From the NCBI GenBank assembly GCA_049424145.1, contig JBMSSC010000076.1, positions 1 through 13,206 on the forward strand: a stretch of 13,206 bases of DNA. Reading direction: 5' to 3'. Each line of letters starts with the position of its first letter. The stretch's first letter is position 1. A program made the translations under genes and the position numbers. Of the stretch, positions 11,610 to 13,206 are shown piece by piece. The notes under the pieces are model-generated. The model searched no databases, had not been told where the DNA came from, and was given only the letters and a program-made list of their open reading frames with translations. The stretch comes from Bdellovibrionia bacterium (GTDB lineage: Bacteria; Bdellovibrionota; UBA1018).

Positions 11610-12283
11610 GATTTTTTCCCGGGGTCCCTTAAAATGCTTAAGTGCGGATATTGAATGAGACCTAAATACCGAGCCTTTCCTCCCAAAAACCGAAGCTGAA
11701 AAACCAAAACGGGTTGGCCAACGTCGGGTGCAAGGCCCACTCGAGGTAAGTAGATGAGCTCCGATCTCTGTTTTCCAAAGTCCGCTCGGATGGCCTTGAG
11801 AAAAAAGTAGCGAGCAAAAAATGGCTGGCCCACATGGCGCACCTCCGTCACCTTCCCTAAGACTGAATTATTAGGGCGATCCAAGCACTCCGCAAAGTGA
11901 TGGTACGCCGTGAGAAAAATCATCCAGTTGATGAACCAGGCTACCCCGAGTGCCGCCCACGGGAAAACCCCAAGGAGAATTTCTAGGTTCAACTGGGCTT
12001 TGAACTGCCTGCAGAGGAGGAGTTCTGAGTCCGTTAGCTCCACCTCGGCTTTGGCGCAAACGGCCGGTGGAGAGAGAAGTCGATTTGCAACCGATTGGTA
12101 GAGTTTCCATGTCCCCTTCACATCAAACTGCAGTTGGCTGAAGTTGAGTTTTTTTTCTGGCCAAACATGAGGATAAATCAAGTTGGTCAGCCCCCAGCAG
12201 AGCACTAGCCAAACAATCATGGGTTCAAGGAGTTTAAAGAAAAACTGGGTTCTGGGAACCGAATCAAATGGATTGGAGTTCAT
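11606..12283 (-). CDS. Hypothetical membrane protein, 225 aa, two TM helices plus a C-terminal beta-rich domain
   Basis: Hydrophobic segments at about aa 14-37 and 101-126 flank a loop with a C-x14-C pair. The C-terminus GKVTEV...VGQPVLVF resembles an OB-type barrel. ATGA overlap with the next gene at 11606-11609. Confidence 0.75.
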   Translation of the reverse strand: MNSNPFDSVPRTQFFFKLLEPMIVWLVLCWGLTNLIYPHVWPEKKLNFSQLQFDVKGTWKLYQSVANRLLSPPAVCAKAEVELTDSELLLCRQFKAQLNLEILLGVFPWAALGVAWFINWMIFLTAYHHFAECLDRPNNSVLGKVTEVRHVGQPFFARYFFLKAIRADFGKQRSELIYLPRVGLAPDVGQPVLVFQLRFLGGKARYLGLIQYPHLSILRDPGKKS

Positions 12284-12344
12284 ACGGGGAGGATGCCCTT
12301 CTTTGGTTCAAAAGCGCTTGGATCAATCCTTGAAGATGAACTCT

Positions 12345-12373
12345 ATTTTTATTCCGAATGTTTTGATTGTCAA
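12345..12373 (-). promoter_or_regulatory. Possible sigma70 promoter for the minus-strand operon
   Basis: Perfect TTGACA (12373..12368) followed after 16-17 nt by TAAAAAT, a weak -10 match, about 60 nt upstream of ATG 12283. Confidence 0.35.
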
Positions 12374-12744
12374 ATGGGTTTAAAGATCTAGGTTTTGACT
12401 CTGAGAGCCTTTGCTTGAGGGGCTTGAGTTCAGATCATTTTAGATCCTCTCTCTGGTTTGAGGGAAACCCGTTGTCGGCGTTTTTTGGTCACTCAGATCG
12501 ATTTACTCAGTCAGTATGACTTAAAATTTGATCCTTGGGACTAGGTCCGAAAGCTCACTGAAGAGAGTCTCCGGTTTTTAAAAACTCCAAGTCATCTGGG
12601 ATCCCTTAAAAAACTCACGAGGAACTCCGAGTTCAAAGCATGCAGCGCGGCAGCCAAAAGTCAAGATCCCTGAGCCAACCCGGCTGGGAAGAAAAAAACA
12701 GGGTTTTGACGTGATGCGTATAGAATTTCTGAGCTCAACTCGGT

Positions 12745-13206
12745 ATGACCTCTCCAATGGCATTTGCGCATCTTCACGTTCACACCCAGTATAGTCTGCT
12801 GCAGGGAGCAATTCATATCGATTCGCTCTTTGAGCGGGTCGTGGCCCATGGAATGAGCGCCGTGGCCATGACGGATACCCATAATCTGTTTGGAGCCATT
12901 GATTTTTATCAGGCGGCTAAAAAAGCAGGGGTTAAGCCCATCATTGGCTGTGAGATCTTCTTTGCGCCTTTTGGGCGAAACGTCATGCAAAAGCCCCTCG
13001 GGCAGCCCGGTCAGTCCTCCGCTTTACGGGTGCATCACTTGGTCCTTTTGTGCAAAAACCTTCAAGGTTACCAGAACTTGTGCCAGATGGTGAGCCGCTC
13101 CTACATCGAAGCCCCCGCCCCTCAAAAGGGCCAGCCCATCGGCCCTAAAGCCGTCGTGGACCGAGAGCTCTTAAGTGAGTACGGAGACGGCCTCATTGTC
13201 CTCTCT
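12745..13206 (+). CDS. dnaE: DNA polymerase III alpha subunit, N-terminal PHP domain (partial, runs off the window edge)
   Basis: Manual translation: MTSPMAFAHLHVHTQYSLLQGAIHIDSLFERVVAHGMSAVAMTDTHNLFGAIDFYQAAKKAGVKPIIGCEIFF...HHLVLLCKNLQGYQNLCQMVSRSY...DRELLSEYGDGLIVLS, a classic DnaE N-terminus. Start is ATG 12745 or ATG 12757. Confidence 0.95.
   Translation, partial: MTSPMAFAHLHVHTQYSLLQGAIHIDSLFERVVAHGMSAVAMTDTHNLFGAIDFYQAAKKAGVKPIIGCEIFFAPFGRNVMQKPLGQPGQSSALRVHHLVLLCKNLQGYQNLCQMVSRSYIEAPAPQKGQPIGPKAVVDRELLSEYGDGLIVLS

Noticed and set aside
12706..12726. TTGACG...TAGAAT as the dnaE promoter
   Set aside because: The spacer is only 9 nt, incompatible with sigma70 geometry. TAGAAT alone may still serve as a -10 element.
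12284..12744. Cobalamin or SAM riboswitch ahead of the metH-containing operon (AGGGAAACCCG near 12461)
   Set aside because: The fragment is on the plus strand, pointing away from metH, and the remaining conserved aptamer elements are absent. An Rfam cmscan would be decisive.
12300..12744. Replication origin suggested by the GATC cluster
   Set aside because: No TTATCCACA-like DnaA boxes, no clear unwinding-element repeats, and no dnaA, dnaN or gidA nearby.
12578..13093. Track ORFs 12578..12811, 12661..12990 and 12890..13093
   Set aside because: Shadows of dnaE, which the track missed because it has no stop codon inside the window.

Overview
Bacterial chromosomal window of mostly housekeeping genes, roughly 50-55% GC by eye with AT-rich intergenic stretches. 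The taxon cannot be established from this sequence alone. The left edge carries the 5' part of a minus-strand gene for a probable exported protein (1..272, absent from the ORF track) with a good sigma70 promoter and RBS, followed by a structured intergenic region of about 400 bp. A plus-strand operon follows: miaB, a gamma-carbonic-anhydrase-family gene, guaB, guaA. Converging on it is a minus-strand run: a 2-TM hypothetical gene, an SdpA/DUF5819-like gene, an HTTM (SdpB / vitamin-K-dependent carboxylase-like) membrane protein gene, metH, and a 154-aa hypothetical gene. After a GATC-rich intergenic region, dnaE begins (partial, also absent from the ORF track). No rRNA, tRNA, CRISPR array or mobile element was seen. 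Best leads: (1) the translationally coupled three-gene HTTM module directly upstream of metH with no visible peptide substrate; (2) a GuaA that looks strikingly like plant GMP synthase; (3) a DnaE PHP domain with substituted metal ligands; (4) alternative hairpins upstream of miaB and a GATC cluster upstream of dnaE.
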